DNA from: the human T2T-CHM13v2.0 reference genome, Homo sapiens
Strand: one strand, 5' to 3'
DNA length: 64,000 bases
NCBI RefSeq assembly: GCF_009914755.1
Contig: NC_060931.1
Under the pieces are notes generated by a model. It was not told the origin of the DNA. It ran no database searches and was given only the letters and a program-made list of their open reading frames with translations. The stretch's first letter is position 1. Every line of letters starts with the position of its first letter. Made by a program: the position numbers and the translations under genes. This document shows positions 61,045-64,000 of the stretch, in pieces.

Positions 61045-61540
61045 TAAGGATAAAAACTTTTTCTATGTTAATTACATACAAGATGCTGAAGGTAACATAC
61101 TGATGAACGTAGTAAACATATCCATAAATAAAGCAAATGAAAAGAAAATGAATATGCTAGTTCTCCAAGGCATGGTTAACAAGAAAGCCACCTATATAAG
61201 CATCTACAGCAAAATAATAATGATGATTAACTAAATGTTATTTATTTATTTATTTTTGAGACGGAGTCTCGCTCTGTCGCCCAGGCTGGAGTGCAGTGGC
61301 ACGATCTTGGCTTACTGCAAGCTCCGCCTCCCAGGTTCACACCATTCTCCTGCCTCAGCCTCCTAAGTAGCTGGGATTACAGGCACGCCCGCCACTATGC
61401 CCAGCTTATTTTTTGTATTTTTAGTAGAGACGGGGCTTCACCATGTTGGCCAGGCTAGTCTCAAACTCCTGACCTCATGATTTGCCCGCCTCGGCCTCCC
61501 AAAGTGCTGAGATTACAGGCGTGAGCCACCGCACCTGGCC

Positions 61541-61667
61541 CCATTCCCGTTTAAACATCTGTATTCCCTGCCATAACATCTTTTGCCACCTATAGCTACT
61601 TGAAGTATGGTCTTGGAGCCTGTTGTACATTTAAGAATAAATTTTCATTTAAAAAAAAAAAAAAAAA
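61541..61667 (+). pseudogene. Retroposed mRNA 3'-end fragment, probably from the TMA7 (CCDC72) 3'UTR
   Basis: Non-Alu text tattccctgccataacatcttttgccac...gtcttggagcctgttgtacatttaagAATAAA followed by A17. The parent was identified from memory only. Confidence 0.6.
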
Positions 61668-62190
61668 GTGGTTGGGTACTGTGGCTCAGGCCAGGCGCAT
61701 GGCTCATGCCTGAAATCTCAGCACTTTGGGAGGCTGAGGTGGGTGGATCACCTGAGGTCAGAAGTTCGAGACCAGCCTGGCCAACATGGTGAAACCCCTC
61801 TCTAGTAAAAATACAAAGATTAGCTGGGTGTGAGGGCACACACCTGTAATCTCAGCTGCTTGAGAGGCTGAGGCAGGAGAATCGTTTGAACCCAGGAGGT
61901 AGAGGTTGCACTGAGTCAAGATGACGCCACTGCGCTCCAGCCTAGGCAACAGAGCGAGTCTCCATCTCAAACAAAACAAAACGAACAAAACAAAACAAAA
62001 AAGTATTATGACAGCTACAAAAAATAGGAGAGAAGGGATTGAAAAAAATGTCAGTTAAAACAATTTCTGGCGGCCTGGTGCAGTGGCTCACGCCTGTAAT
62101 CCCAACACTTTGGGAGGCTGAGGCGGGTGGATCACAAGGTCAGGAGTTCGAGACCAGCCTGACCAACATGGTAAAACCCCATCTCTACTA

Positions 62191-62397
<207 letters not shown>

Positions 62398-64000
62398 TTA
62401 AATACAGAAAATGGAAGAAACTGAAACTGGAATAGAAGTAGACCACAACTGTAGTTACATAAAAGTATCCCTAATTCAAAGAAAAAAGCATTTACTCTTT
62501 GTCCTGAACAGGTGTAGTCAAAAAAAGAACGCTGGTTTATGAAATGCTGACACGATTTCACTCTCACCTTACAGCAACAAAACTACCCTCAGAGGTTTTG
62601 TACAAATGAAGGAGACAAAAATGGACCAGGGCTTACACAAGGACCGGGAGAACACACTGAAGACAAAACCTAACCAAAGACTACAATGCCTGGGCCAAAT
62701 TTTGTGGCATAAGGAAGAGGAAGGAAAAGCAGGAGAAGGTCATTTGGGGTCACAGGTACAGCATGTGCAAAGGCATGGGGGCGTGGGAGCTCACAGAGTG
62801 CTGGAAGAGCAAAAGAACTCATCGCCCACTGTGGGGGTTAGACATACAAGGAGAGTCTGGGGTTACAGCTTGGGAGGGGCGGAGGCCACATGAGGCTACA
62901 AGGAGGGAGTCACAACCTGAAAACCAGACCAGCACTGAATTTGTAATTCAGAAAGATTCTGTGGCACCCCTTTGAAGAGAAACTGGGGTTAGGCTGGAAA
63001 ACCAGGTAAGAGGGTACAGCTGTAATCTAGGCAAGAAATTAATATAATCTGATCTAAGGCTGAAGCAAGGGAGACAGAAAAAGGCGACTTTCAAGAACAT
63101 TTAGGAAGTAGTAGCAGGGACAGGAGAAGGTGACAAATGTGGGAGGAAAGGGGAAATACTTCAGGATGACTCAAGTTTCCATCCCTGGGGAACTGAGAGG
63201 ACAGTGGTGGTCCTCCTGATATGAGGGTCCCAGAAAGAAGAGCAGGTGTTGGAAGAAGATGAGCCCACCCATAGTCCTGTGGTGTTGCAGGTTCCTGGGG
63301 AGACATCCCAGTGGAGACGATCTGCGGGCACTCATCACATTGTGTCACACATGCCCTTACCAAAAACCTGCAATGCCTCCCCAATGACCATACAAGCTTC
63401 CCAGCTGGCATCACAGCTCTACCAGGAGATCCTGATGCCCTTCCAGAGGCCAGAACTCTCAGTAAGGAAGAAAGAGTGGCCAATAACGGCCATTCACACA
63501 GCTTGGCACAGGGACTTCACAGTCAGCAAAATATTCACCTCCTCTCCTTATGCAGAAAAAACATCAGGCCTCCCCCTCTCAACAATCTTGGAGACAGATC
63601 TAGGTTTTGCCATTTACTAAGTGGGTGACTTAACCTCTCGAATCTGTTTCTTTCTCTGTAAAAGTAAAATATGATGACTTGGCCAAAGGTCTGTAATAGC
63701 TCCTCTTATTCAACTGTTAGTCCTTAATAGTTATTATTGATGGGCTGGGCGCGGTGGCTCACGCCTGTAATCCCAGCACTTTGGGAGGCCAAGGCAGGTG
63801 GATCGCCAAGGCAGGCCGGATCACGAAGTCAGGAGATCGAGACCAACCTGGCTAACATGGTGAAACCCCGTCTCTACTAAAAAATACAAAAAATTAGCCG
63901 GGTGTGGTGGCAGGTGCCTGTAGTCCCAGCTACTCGGGAGGCTGAGGCAGGAGAATGGCGTGAACCCAGGAGGCGGAGCTTGCGGTGAGCCGAGATTGTG

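Noticed and set aside
62600-63628. Cluster of ORFs near the right end, or a possible promoter
   Set aside because: Purine-rich L2/MIR-like decayed sequence with no CpG island; PUS7 exon 1 is not in the window.

Overview
Human (primate; a full-diagnostic AluYa5 points to Homo sapiens) genomic DNA that is very Alu-dense and holds nearly all of the PUS7 gene (TruD-family pseudouridine synthase 7) on the minus strand. Fifteen coding exons with canonical GT-AG boundaries were reconstructed from ATG 58725 to TGA 8019. They total 1986 nt, a 661-aa intact ORF with the catalytic GTKD(294)KRA motif in exon 7. The 3'UTR runs to about 6735. Non-coding exon 1 and the promoter lie beyond the right edge. 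Most other ORFs in the track are Alu/LTR artefacts. The top observation is in intron 5: an in-frame 18-nt microexon (47169-47186) with an SRRM4-type UGC-rich acceptor. Ten nt after its donor is a perfect 12-bp hairpin whose loop displays UGUAG, the PUS7 substrate consensus, making it a candidate self-pseudouridylation/splicing feedback element. Other notable items: an overlapping uORF, a possible poison donor after exon 5, an intact MER85 piggyBac MITE, a nested AluYa5, a locally templated insertion, a tailless Alu with TSDs and a probable TMA7 retro-fragment.
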